Positions 50,789-59,670 of a DNA stretch of 59,712 bases are shown here, piece after piece; position 1 is the first letter of the stretch, and each line of letters opens with the position of its first letter. The stretch comes from Gammaproteobacteria bacterium (GTDB lineage: Bacteria; Pseudomonadota; Gammaproteobacteria; Arenicellales; Poriferihabitantaceae). A program made the translations under genes and the position numbers. The notes under the pieces were generated by a model. It had not been told where the DNA came from. It saw only the letters and a list, made by a program, of their open reading frames with translations, and made no database searches. The stretch spans positions 1 to 59,712 of the forward strand of contig JAPPQJ010000028.1 in NCBI GenBank assembly GCA_028817015.1, written 5' to 3'.

Positions 50789-52114
50789 ATGAACATCACC
50801 GTCGTCGGCACAGGATATGTCGGGCTGGTCACCGGCGCCTGCCTCGCGGAAATGGGCAACAGCGTCATCTGCGTTGACCACGATGCGCCCAAAATAGACG
50901 GCCTGCTGGCCGGGCGCCTGCCGATTTTCGAGCCCGGCCTGGATGATCTGGTCGGCAAGAACACCGCGTCCGGGCAACTGGGCTTTACCACCGACATCGC
51001 GCGCGGCGTCGGCCACGGCGAGGTGATTTTCATCGCCGTTGGCACGCCGCCGGGCGAGGACGGCTCGGCCGATTTGCGCCATGTGCTGGCGGTGGCGCAA
51101 TCCATCGGCGAGCACATCGGCGACTATCGTGTGGTGGTCAACAAATCCACGGTGCCGGTGGGCACCGCGCAACGCATCGAGGCGGCCATCGACGGCGCGC
51201 TCAAGGCGCGCGGCGGCGCTGTCCCGTTCAGCGTGGTCGCCAACCCCGAATTCCTCAAGCAAGGGGCCGCGGTCAACGATTGCATGAAGCCCGACCGCAT
51301 CATCATCGGCGCCCGGGATGAGCGGGCGATGGCCGTCATGCGCGAACTATACGCCCCGTTCAACCGCAACCATGAGCGCGTGATCGCGATGGATATCGCC
51401 TCCGCCGAACTGACCAAGTATGCCGCCAACGCGATGCTGGCGGCGCGGATTTCGTGCATGAACGAGATGTCCAACCTGGCCGAGCGGCTGGGCGCCGACA
51501 TCGAGTCGGTCCGGCTCGGCATCGGCGCCGACCCGCGCATCGGCTATTCGTTCATCTACCCCGGCTGCGGCTACGGCGGCTCGTGCCTGCCCAAGGACCT
51601 GCAAGCGCTGATCCGCACCGCCGCCGAGGCCGGCTACCCGGCGCGCATTTTAGAGGCGGTGGAAGCGGTCAACGCGGGGCAGAAGCGCGCGGTGGTGGAA
51701 AAAATAGTCGATCACTTCGGCGCCGACCTGTCCGGGAGACGTTTCGCGCTGTGGGGGCTGGCGTTCAAGCCGGGTACCGACGACATGCGCGCGGCGCCGA
51801 GCCGCGTGGTGCTGGAAATGTTGTGGGAGCGCGGCGCCGCGGTGCGCGCCTTCGACCCGGTGGCCGGCGACCAGGCGCGCCGCATTTACGGCGAGCGCAG
51901 CGACCTGGAACTGCTGTGCGCCGACCCGTATGAAGCGCTAAGCGGCGTTGACGGCCTGATCGTAGTCACCGAGTGGCGCATGTTCCGGGCCGTTGACCCG
52001 GGCCACATCGCGGCCGCGATGCGCGGCGATGTGGTGGTTGACGGGCGCAACATCTATGACCCCGCCGTGATGCGCAACGCCGGCCTGGTTTACTATGGAA
52101 TCGGCCGCCGCTGA
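50789..52114 (+). CDS. ugd: UDP-glucose 6-dehydrogenase
   Basis: '[18 protein letters not shown]', 'NPEFLKQG.A' and the catalytic 'GGSCLPKD'. Confidence 0.93.
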   Translation: MNITVVGTGYVGLVTGACLAEMGNSVICVDHDAPKIDGLLAGRLPIFEPGLDDLVGKNTASGQLGFTTDIARGVGHGEVIFIAVGTPPGEDGSADLRHVLAVAQSIGEHIGDYRVVVNKSTVPVGTAQRIEAAIDGALKARGGAVPFSVVANPEFLKQGAAVNDCMKPDRIIIGARDERAMAVMRELYAPFNRNHERVIAMDIASAELTKYAANAMLAARISCMNEMSNLAERLGADIESVRLGIGADPRIGYSFIYPGCGYGGSCLPKDLQALIRTAAEAGYPARILEAVEAVNAGQKRAVVEKIVDHFGADLSGRRFALWGLAFKPGTDDMRAAPSRVVLEMLWERGAAVRAFDPVAGDQARRIYGERSDLELLCADPYEALSGVDGLIVVTEWRMFRAVDPGHIAAAMRGDVVVDGRNIYDPAVMRNAGLVYYGIGRR

Positions 52115-53060
52115 CCTCGACCAACTGTCCGCGTGCGCGGTATTAGTGGCCGGAGACTCGATGCTTGACCGCTACTGGTTTGGCCGCGTTGACCGCATCT
52201 CTCCGGAAGCGCCGGTGCCGGTGGTGATCGTCCAGCACCACGACGAGCGGCTCGGCGGGGCCGGCAATGTCGCCGCCAACATCACCTCGCTCGGCGGCCG
52301 TTGCACGCTGCTGTCGGTGGTCGGCGACGATGAAGCCGGGCGCCGCCTTGCCGGCCTCGCCGCCGGTGCGGGCATCGACCCTCAACTGGTGACCGACCCC
52401 GGCGGGCAGACCACGGTTAAACTGCGCGCCATCGCCCGCAACCAGCAGTTGCTGCGCGCCGATTTCGAAGCCCCGCCGGGGGCGCCGGCGCTGGATGCAG
52501 CCATGACCCGGTTTGCCGAGCAACTGCCGCGCCACCAGGCGGTGGTGCTGTCGGATTACGGCAAAGGCGGCCTGGCCCACAGCGCGCGCCTCATTGAGAT
52601 GGCGGCGGCCCACCACATCCCGGTGCTGGTTGACCCGAAGGGCGCCGATTTCACCCGCTACCGGGGCGCGGCGATGGTGACCCCGAATCTCGCCGAGTTC
52701 GAGCGGGTGGCCGGTGCGGTGGCCGACGATGAAGACCTGCGGGCCAGGGCCGAGGCGTTGATGCGCGAGCACGACTTGAAACGGTTGCTGGTCACCTTGA
52801 GCGACCGCGGCATGGCGCTGTTCTCGCCGGGGCGCGAGGCCATTCGCCGTCCGGCCCGGGCCAGGGAAGTCTATGATGTCAGCGGCGCCGGCGACACGGT
52901 GATCGCGGTGATGGCAATGGCGGTGGCGGCCGGGCTCGACGACCACGCGGCGCTGGCGTTGGCCAACGGCGCGGCCGGCGTGGTGGTGTCCAAGGTGGGC
53001 ACTGCCGCCGCCGGCAGAGACGAATTGAAAGCCGCGTTGGAGCGCGACCAGCGGCCATGA
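52095..53060 (+). CDS. hldA: D-glycero-beta-D-manno-heptose-7-phosphate kinase (HldE domain I only; no adenylyltransferase domain)
   Basis: Collinear with the N-terminal about 315 aa of E. coli HldE ('[14 protein letters not shown]...[11 protein letters not shown]', 'TPNL.EFE', '[12 protein letters not shown]'). It stops where HldE domain II would begin. 20-nt overlap with ugd. Confidence 0.88.
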   Translation: MESAAADLDQLSACAVLVAGDSMLDRYWFGRVDRISPEAPVPVVIVQHHDERLGGAGNVAANITSLGGRCTLLSVVGDDEAGRRLAGLAAGAGIDPQLVTDPGGQTTVKLRAIARNQQLLRADFEAPPGAPALDAAMTRFAEQLPRHQAVVLSDYGKGGLAHSARLIEMAAAHHIPVLVDPKGADFTRYRGAAMVTPNLAEFERVAGAVADDEDLRARAEALMREHDLKRLLVTLSDRGMALFSPGREAIRRPARAREVYDVSGAGDTVIAVMAMAVAAGLDDHAALALANGAAGVVVSKVGTAAAGRDELKAALERDQRP

Positions 53061-54100
53061 TCGTGGTTACCGGCGGCGCCGGATTCATCGGCTCCAACCT
53101 GGTCAGCGCGTTGAACCGGCGCGGGGTGCGCGACATTCTGGTGGTGGATGATGTGACCGACGCCGCCAAAGCGCGCAACCTGTTCGACCTCCAGATCGGC
53201 GACTACATGGACAAGGCCGAGTTTCTGGACGCCATCCGCAGCGAGCGGCCCGACCCGTCGTTGCAGCGGGTTTCCGCGGTCCTCCACCAGGGCGCGTGCA
53301 CCGACACCATGGCCACCGACGGCAAATATGTGCTCGACAACAACTACGCCTATTCCAGGGCCCTGTATTATTTCTGCGCGCAGCGCCGGGCGCAATATAT
53401 CTACGCTTCTTCGGCCTCGGTATACGGTCATGGAACCCGGTTCGCCGAAACGCCGCGCAACGAGTCGGCGCTGAACGCCTACGCCTGGTCGAAACTGCTG
53501 TTCGATCAATTCGTCAGACGCCAGCCGGTGGCGCGGCCCCCGCAGTTTCAGTGCGTTGGCCTGCGCTATTTCAACGTGTATGGCCGCCGCGAGCGGCACA
53601 AGGGGCGAATGGCCTCGGTGGCGTGGCATTTTTTTAATCAGTATATGGCGCACGGCCGGGTGAGATTGTTTGAAGGAAGCGACGGCTACGCGGACGGCGA
53701 GCAGCAGCGCGATTTCGTCTCGGTCGAGGATGTGGTCGCGGTTAATTTGTTTTTGCTCGACAACCCGGCTGTCAGCGGCATCTACAATGTCGGCAGCGGG
53801 TGCAGTTGCAGTTTTAACCGGGTCGCGGTGGCCGTGATCAACGCCTGCCGCCGCCATCGGCGGGAAACCGAAATCACCCTGGAACAGGCGCGCCGCGGCG
53901 GCCAAATCGCTTACATCCCGATGCCCGAGACGCTGCGCGGCAAATATCAAAGTTACACCTGCGCCGACTTGCGGCAACTGCGCGCCGCCGGTTATGGCGC
54001 GCCATTCCTCGATGTGCCGCAGGGCGTGGGAGGCTATGTGAGCGCCTTGCTGCAGGCGCCCGACCGAACCGGCAACGTCCGCGGCGGCGGGGCGTCGTGA
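53057..54100 (+). CDS. hldD: ADP-L-glycero-D-manno-heptose 6-epimerase
   Basis: '[27 protein letters not shown]' and 'ASSA.VYG'. ATGA overlap with hldA. Confidence 0.9.
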   Translation: MIVVTGGAGFIGSNLVSALNRRGVRDILVVDDVTDAAKARNLFDLQIGDYMDKAEFLDAIRSERPDPSLQRVSAVLHQGACTDTMATDGKYVLDNNYAYSRALYYFCAQRRAQYIYASSASVYGHGTRFAETPRNESALNAYAWSKLLFDQFVRRQPVARPPQFQCVGLRYFNVYGRRERHKGRMASVAWHFFNQYMAHGRVRLFEGSDGYADGEQQRDFVSVEDVVAVNLFLLDNPAVSGIYNVGSGCSCSFNRVAVAVINACRRHRRETEITLEQARRGGQIAYIPMPETLRGKYQSYTCADLRQLRAAGYGAPFLDVPQGVGGYVSALLQAPDRTGNVRGGGAS

Positions 54101-54981
54101 GGGGGATTGTGGTGGCCGGCGGCGGCCCCTCGCGCCTGTGGCCGGCCACCGCCGCGCTGGCCGGGCCGCTCCTGCCGGTATACGACAAACCGCTCATCTA
54201 CTACCCGCTGTCGGCGCTGCTGCTGGCCGGAATTCGGCGCGTCTTAGTGGTCGCCGCGCCGCGCGATGCGCCATACTTTCAGCAACTCCTCGGCGGCGGC
54301 GAGCAGTGGGGAATGAGCCTGTCGTATGCGATTGCAGCGCTCGACGGTGTGGCGCAGGCGTTGGTGGTGGGCGCCGAATTCACCGGCCGCCGCCCGGTGG
54401 CGCTGGCCCTGGGCGACCGCATTTGCTATGGCCGCGGGTGGCCGGCCCGCTTGAAAAAGGCCGCCGAGATGAAAACCGGCGCGCGCATTCTGGCCTGCCG
54501 GGTCGACCCCGTACAACGCCGGCAGGCCCCCGGCGATGCCGCCGCCCCCGCGACCCGCCCCGGAGAAGAGCCGGCCGACCTTGCCCCCGGTTGTGCGGAC
54601 GCCGGCCTGTATTTCTACGACAGTACGGTGGCCGAGCGCGCGCGCGCGCTGCCCCCGTCGGCGCGCAACCGCCCCGATCTCGCGGGCTTGAACCGCACCT
54701 ACCTCAGCGAGGGGAAATTGCGGGTCGAGGTGTTGAGCCGCGCGGTCAAATGCCTGCGCATCACCGGCCCCGATTCGCTGCTGGCCGCCGCCCGTTCGGT
54801 CAAAACCGCCCAGCAACGCCAGGCCGCCCGCATCGGCTGCCCCGAGGAAAGCGCCTGGCGGATGAACTTCATCGGCGATGAGCAACTCCTGGAACTGGCC
54901 GCAGCGGCCGGACAAACCCCCTACGCAAGGTATCTGCAGCAACTGCCGGCGCGCCGGGACCGGGAGCAGGGGCGGTCGTGA
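54097..54981 (+). CDS. RmlA-like (glucose-1-phosphate thymidylyltransferase-fold) protein with degenerate substrate/metal motifs; function unclear
   Basis: 294 aa, collinear by eye with RmlA ('LLPVYDKPLIYYPLSALLLAGIR', 'FQQLLGGGEQWG', 'GLYFYD', 'PSAR', 'CPEE...NFI'). The signature motifs are altered (see finding). GTGA overlaps at both ends. Confidence 0.6.
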   Translation: MRGIVVAGGGPSRLWPATAALAGPLLPVYDKPLIYYPLSALLLAGIRRVLVVAAPRDAPYFQQLLGGGEQWGMSLSYAIAALDGVAQALVVGAEFTGRRPVALALGDRICYGRGWPARLKKAAEMKTGARILACRVDPVQRRQAPGDAAAPATRPGEEPADLAPGCADAGLYFYDSTVAERARALPPSARNRPDLAGLNRTYLSEGKLRVEVLSRAVKCLRITGPDSLLAAARSVKTAQQRQAARIGCPEESAWRMNFIGDEQLLELAAAAGQTPYARYLQQLPARRDREQGRS

Positions 54982-55724
54982 GCGGCGGCCCGCGCACCGC
55001 GATAATCGGCGGCTCCGGTTTTCAGCGCCTGCCCGGCTTTGAGGCTTGGCGCCGCGAAAACAAGGCCACGCCGTTCGGCGAGGTGTCCGATGCGCCGGCG
55101 TTTGGCCGCTTGGCCGGGCGCGATTGGGTGTTCCTGCGACGCCACGGGGCTGAACACCGCATCCCGCCCCACCGCATTAACTACCGCGCCAATATCTGGG
55201 CGCTTAAGGATGCCGGCGTGGAGCGCATCATCGCCTTCGCCGCGGTCGGGGCCATCGACGCCGGTCTCGCCGTATCCCGCATCGTCATCCCGAACCAGAT
55301 CATCGACTATACCTGGGGCAGGGCGCACACCTTTTTCGACGGTCAGCCCGGGGAGCCGGGCGGGCTTAAGCATATCGATTTTTCCCGGCCTTACAGCGAG
55401 GCGTTGCGCGGGCAAATCATGGCGGCGGCCAACCAGGCCGGGGTCCACGCGGCGCCCGCGGCGGTGTATGCGGTGACCCAGGGCCCGCGCCTGGAAAGCG
55501 CCGCTGAAATCGACCGCCTGGAGCGCGCCGGAGCCGACATCGTCGGCATGACCGGCATGCCGGAAGCGGCGCTGGCCAGGGAATTGGACATCGAATATGC
55601 GACCATCGCCATCGTGGTCAACCCCGCGGCCGGGCGCGGCCGGGGCACAATCGACATGGGGGAAATCGCCGGACACCTCGAAGCGGGCGCCGGCAAAGCG
55701 TTGGCCATCATTGCGAACCTGTGA
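54978..55724 (+). CDS. mtnP: S-methyl-5'-thioadenosine/thioinosine phosphorylase (PNP family 2)
   Basis: 'AIIGGSGF', 'FL.RHG..HRIPPH.INYRANIWALK', 'QGPRLES.AEI.RLER.GADIVGMTGMPEAALARELD' and 'VVNPAAG'. It closely resembles the Pseudomonas MTI phosphorylase as I recall it. Confidence 0.85.
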   Translation: MSGGPRTAIIGGSGFQRLPGFEAWRRENKATPFGEVSDAPAFGRLAGRDWVFLRRHGAEHRIPPHRINYRANIWALKDAGVERIIAFAAVGAIDAGLAVSRIVIPNQIIDYTWGRAHTFFDGQPGEPGGLKHIDFSRPYSEALRGQIMAAANQAGVHAAPAAVYAVTQGPRLESAAEIDRLERAGADIVGMTGMPEAALARELDIEYATIAIVVNPAAGRGRGTIDMGEIAGHLEAGAGKALAIIANL

Positions 55725-55754
55725 CGGCGGCGGCGGGCCTCGACGCCTCGACGG

Positions 55755-56417
55755 TCAGGGAGGCGCGGGCCCGTCGACTCCCTGGTCATCCGCCTGCACA
55801 GCGGCGACATTGACCGGCCAGACCCGCAGGATGGCGCCGAACAGCGGGTGGTCGAAGTAGTGAATTTGCTTGAATTTCAGCCGGCGTTTTTCGGCGATGA
55901 AATAGTGCGGCGGCCAGGCCGCCGCCGGCGCGCCTTGAGCGTCCGGCACCGGCGGCGAGAGTTGCAGGTTGAGGTCGGCGTAGATCAGGGAAGTCCGGTA
56001 AACCCGGATGAACCCGGCGGCCAGCGCGCTGCCGGGGCCGCCCAGCCGGATCAATGGCGCATTGGGGTAGAAGGCGGCCGGCTGCCGCCACCGCGCGGTG
56101 TCCAAGATGCGGTAGTTGGATTCCGCCAGCCTGCGGCGCACCGACTCCAGCCCGGCCAGTTGCTCGGAAGTTTGGCGCGAGGACGCTTTGGCGGCTAACA
56201 TTTCCATCTCATCCAGGCGCGCGGCGATGCGCGCCGATGAAAAATTCCACTGCTCGTGCACGGCGACATCCCTGTTGAGGCGGTCAAAGACGATAATCTC
56301 GACCTCGTAGTCTCTGGCCGCCGCCGGGCCGCCGGCCAACGCCAGCGCGATGGCGCTCAGGCACAGGGCGATGGCGCCGGGGCGCCCGGTTGTTTTTCGC
56401 GGCATATCGGTCGGCAC
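55755..56417 (-). CDS. CsiV-like (DUF2803) periplasmic protein
   Basis: Signal peptide, then 'DYEVEIIVFDR', and a C-terminal 'IHYFDHPLFGAILRVWP' resembling the CsiV family as I remember it. The family assignment is from memory only. Confidence 0.5.
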   Translation of the reverse strand: MPTDMPRKTTGRPGAIALCLSAIALALAGGPAAARDYEVEIIVFDRLNRDVAVHEQWNFSSARIAARLDEMEMLAAKASSRQTSEQLAGLESVRRRLAESNYRILDTARWRQPAAFYPNAPLIRLGGPGSALAAGFIRVYRTSLIYADLNLQLSPPVPDAQGAPAAAWPPHYFIAEKRRLKFKQIHYFDHPLFGAILRVWPVNVAAVQADDQGVDGPAPP

Positions 56418-56494
56418 GGTCAGGCGGACGGTTTCCAGTCTATCACAAGCGGCGCGGCGGGGGTTATGCCGAAGGCACCCCGGCGCCCGGTTGA

Positions 56495-56523
56495 TTGAAA
56501 AACAAGCGAAAAACGGGTATATT
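56495..56523 (+). promoter_or_regulatory. Promoter candidate for cimA (TTGAAA-N17-TATATT)
   Basis: TTGAAA at 56495-56500, 17-nt spacer, TATATT at 56518-56523, about 80 nt upstream of ATG 56603. Confidence 0.5.
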
Positions 56524-56602
56524 GCGCGGCGTTTGCGAACGCTTCATTTGCCCAGTTGCCCAGTTTCCCACTTTTTCTGCAACCATCCCAAAGCGATTCA
56601 TA

Positions 56603-58153
56603 ATGGCGGGCCCGCGAGTTAAATTGATGGATGTCACCCTGCGCGATGGCGAGCAGACCCAGGGGGTGTCGTTTTCCCAGGCCGAGAAGGTCAGCATCGC
56701 CAAGGCGCTGCTGGACTCGCTCAAGGTGGACCGCATCGAGGTGGCCTCGGCGGGGGTTTCCGAAGGCGAGCGCGAGGCGCTGGTGTGCATCAACGACTGG
56801 GCGGCGGCGGCCGGCTGCCTGGAGCGCGTGGAAGTGCTGGGCTTCATCGACCACCGGCGCAGCGTCGATTGGATTCGCAGCGCCGGCGGCGCGACCCTTA
56901 ACTTGCTCACCAAGGGCAGTGAAAAGCACTGCCGCGAGCAGTTGGGCAAGACATTGAAGCAGCACCTCGCGGGCATCGAGCGGACCGTCGACTACGCGCG
57001 CGAGCGGGGCCTGCGGGTCAACGCCTACCTTGAAGACTGGTCGAACGGCTACGCCGACAGCCGCGATTATGTGTTTGCGATGATGGAGCGCCTGCAGTCC
57101 ATGCCGATTGACCACTACATGCTGCCGGACACCCTCGGCGTGATGTCGCCGGATGAAGTGCGCGACAGCCTCGCCGACATGCGCGCGCGCTTCCCGGATT
57201 GCCGGTTTGATTTCCACCCGCACAACGACTACGGCCTGGCCACCGCCAACTGCATGGCCGCGGTGGCCGCCGGGGTGTCCACGGTGCACTGCACGGTCAA
57301 CTGCCTGGGCGAGCGCGCCGGCAACGCCTCGCTGGCCGAAGTCTGCCTGGCATTGCGCGACAAGATGGACGCGCAACTGTCCATAGACGAGACCAAGATC
57401 TACACCTTAAGCCGCATGGTGGAAAACTTCTCCGGCAAGCGGGTGGCTGACAACGCGCCCATCATCGGCGCCGATGTGTTCACCCAGACCGCCGGCATCC
57501 ACGCCGACGGCGACAGCAAGGGCGGGCTGTATCAAACCGCGCTTAGTCCGCGGCGCTTCAACCGCTCGCACTCCTATGCGTTGGGCAAGATGAGCGGCAA
57601 GGCGTCGCTGGAAAAAAACCTCGAGGCGCTGGGCATCAGTTTGTCCGCCGAGGACCGCGCCAAGGTGTTGAAGCGCATCGTCAAGTTGGGCGACTCAAAA
57701 GCCGCCATCACCCCCGAGGATCTGCCGTTCATCATCGCCGATGTGCTGGAAAGCAAAGGCGACCGCCACCTGGAACTGCTCAACTGCTCGATTACCAGCG
57801 GCCTCGATGTCGACTCGATTGTCAGCATCCGCGTGCGGCTCTACGATGCAATCCACAAATCCACCGGCGCCGGCAACGGCGGCTTCGACGCCTTCATCGC
57901 CGCCATGCGCAACATCCTCGAGCCGAAGGATTTGGACTTCCCGGAACTGCTCGACTACCAAATTCGCATCCCCAAAGGCGGCACCGCCAGCGCGCTGGTG
58001 GAATGCTCGATTACCTGGCGCGACGGGGCGCGCAATGTGCGCACCCGCGGCGTCAACGCCAACCAGGTGTTCGCCGGCATCGAAGCCACCTTGCGCATGC
58101 TCAACCTTAAACTGCATCGGCGCGACGGTGATTCCGCCGCCCGCTGCGCTTAG
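56603..58153 (+). CDS. cimA: (R)-citramalate synthase (LeuA/CimA family, CimA type)
   Basis: Collinear with Leptospira CimA as recalled: 'LMDVTLRDGEQTQGVSFS', 'VDRIEVASA', 'LNLLTKGS', 'YLEDWSNG', 'LPDTLGV.SP', 'HPHNDYGLA', 'GERAGN', 'FTQTAGIHADGD.KG.LY' and 'PEDLPFIIADV'. Start moved to ATG 56603. Confidence 0.85.
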   Translation: MAGPRVKLMDVTLRDGEQTQGVSFSQAEKVSIAKALLDSLKVDRIEVASAGVSEGEREALVCINDWAAAAGCLERVEVLGFIDHRRSVDWIRSAGGATLNLLTKGSEKHCREQLGKTLKQHLAGIERTVDYARERGLRVNAYLEDWSNGYADSRDYVFAMMERLQSMPIDHYMLPDTLGVMSPDEVRDSLADMRARFPDCRFDFHPHNDYGLATANCMAAVAAGVSTVHCTVNCLGERAGNASLAEVCLALRDKMDAQLSIDETKIYTLSRMVENFSGKRVADNAPIIGADVFTQTAGIHADGDSKGGLYQTALSPRRFNRSHSYALGKMSGKASLEKNLEALGISLSAEDRAKVLKRIVKLGDSKAAITPEDLPFIIADVLESKGDRHLELLNCSITSGLDVDSIVSIRVRLYDAIHKSTGAGNGGFDAFIAAMRNILEPKDLDFPELLDYQIRIPKGGTASALVECSITWRDGARNVRTRGVNANQVFAGIEATLRMLNLKLHRRDGDSAARCA

Positions 58154-58203
58154 CCGCCCCGTGTTTCACTTCACATCTTGGATTCAATGACCGGGAGACC
58201 GCC

Positions 58204-58596
58204 ATGCCGACCACGCCCACTTATCCGACTCTCACCGAAATGGGAATCAACAACCCCGGAGAAATCCAGCGGTTTTCGCTGAACACCATCAACAACACCG
58301 ACATCCTGCGCATCGTCTATAAGCGCAAGAAAGGCTCGCTGCTGCCGGCCAGCAAGCGCTTCCGTTTTGGCCGCGCGGCCAAGACCGTCATCGCCGACAG
58401 CGGCACCCGCAAGACCGAGGTGATTTACGAAATTTCGCCGTTCGTGCAAAAGGCGGTGCGCGAACTGGAGAAGGTGATCGAGGCCAGGGGCTCGAGCGTG
58501 GCGCACGCCAAACTGGTCAAGGAGGAAGTGCAACGCCTGCACGAGGAGGTGGCCAGCCGCCTGGCCTACATCGAGTCGCTGCTCGATGAGATGTGA
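58204..58596 (+). CDS. Conserved small protein, probably DUF3461 family
   Basis: 130 aa: 'YPTLTEMGINNPGEIQRFSL...DILRIVYKRKKGSLLP.SKRFRFGR' plus a C-terminal coiled-coil. SD GGGAGA lies 6 nt upstream of the ATG. The family name is from memory. Confidence 0.55.
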   Translation: MPTTPTYPTLTEMGINNPGEIQRFSLNTINNTDILRIVYKRKKGSLLPASKRFRFGRAAKTVIADSGTRKTEVIYEISPFVQKAVRELEKVIEARGSSVAHAKLVKEEVQRLHEEVASRLAYIESLLDEM

Positions 58597-59429
58597 CGCC
58601 GCCCCCCGTTAATCCGCCGCCGGTTCAATCGCTGTGGGTCGGCGAGCGTTTGTCGCCCATCGAGCAACTGTGCGTATCTTCCTTCCTTCACCACGGCCAT
58701 GAATTTCACCTGTATCGTTACGGTGAACTGGCCGGCGTGCCGGCCGGCGCGCGCGTGATGGACGCCGGCGCCATCATTCCGCAGCGCGAAGTGTTTATGC
58801 ACCGCAGGGGCACCTACGCGATTTTCAGCGACTGGTTTCGGTGGGCGTTGCTGGAGCGGCTCGGCGGCTGGTGGGTGGACATGGATGTCGTCTGCTTGAA
58901 GCCGTTTATGTTCGACGACCGGTTGGTGTTCGGCGGCGACAAAAACATCGTGCCGGGCAGCGGCGAACGCGGAAGCGGCCATTGCCACATCGATATCCTG
59001 TCGTTCCCGGCCGGGCATGCGTTTTGCCGCCACATGCGCGAGCGTTGCGCGCATCCCAATCGCTTCGTGGCGTACGATTCTCCGGGCAGCCGCTTTCTCA
59101 AACTGAAACGCATCCTGCTGCGGCGCGGCAGGGAATACACCGGCTGGGGCGAGGCCGGCGGACCGTGCGGTTTCACTCGCGCCCTGGAGCATTACGGGTT
59201 ACTGAAGTTGGCCAAGCCGTACCGCGTGTTCTCGCCGTATTTGGCTTTCCCGCGCAGGCAATGGCAACGCATGCTGTTGGAACAATTCGACGGCGATGTC
59301 GATGCGTTGTTCCCCGGCAGTTATTCGTTTCACATCGGCAATGAATACTTGCGACTCGACGGTTATGACAAATCGCGACCCATCCCCGAACGATCTTTGC
59401 TGGGACGGTTAAGTGCCAGATACCGGTGA
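58593..59429 (+). CDS. DXD-motif glycosyltransferase (GT32/Och1-like 'Gly_transf_sug' type)
   Basis: 'FSDWFRWALLERLGGWWVDMDVVCLKPF' matches the sugar-binding/DXD region of this family. GTG 58593 overlaps the upstream TGA (GTGA). Confidence 0.55.
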   Translation: MTPPPVNPPPVQSLWVGERLSPIEQLCVSSFLHHGHEFHLYRYGELAGVPAGARVMDAGAIIPQREVFMHRRGTYAIFSDWFRWALLERLGGWWVDMDVVCLKPFMFDDRLVFGGDKNIVPGSGERGSGHCHIDILSFPAGHAFCRHMRERCAHPNRFVAYDSPGSRFLKLKRILLRRGREYTGWGEAGGPCGFTRALEHYGLLKLAKPYRVFSPYLAFPRRQWQRMLLEQFDGDVDALFPGSYSFHIGNEYLRLDGYDKSRPIPERSLLGRLSARYR

Positions 59430-59600
59430 CTTCAGCGCATACAAGTTCGACCGCGCGCATCCGCCGCGACATGGCGGCCGGCCGGCGCAAACGCGCCTTG
59501 CATTGCCGGCCCCGCTTGGGCAAAATTCCGCGCCAAACACAACGCCGCATTCTCGGCGAGAGGCCAGGCGCACCATGAACTTTAACGCATCCATCACCTG

Positions 59601-59670
59601 CCCCCCCCCCCCCCCCCCCCCCCCCCCGCCGCCCCGCCCCCCCCCCGCCCGGCCGCGGGGGGGGGGGGGG
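59601..59670. repeat. Homopolymer tract: C27 (59601-59627), C-rich spacer, G14 (59657-59670) at the window end
   Basis: Read directly. The C-run and G-run are mutually complementary. It lies within 112 nt of the window end. Confidence 0.95.

Noticed and set aside
54097-54981. Calling the RmlA-like gene a pseudogene outright
   Set aside because: The frame is intact over the full family length, and it is precisely start/stop-coupled on both sides. I cannot measure selection from a single sequence. I left it as a CDS of unclear function.
59601-59670. CRISPR or other repeat array at the window end
   Set aside because: These are homopolymer runs, not spaced direct repeats, and there are no cas genes. 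An artefact is the most likely explanation (see finding).
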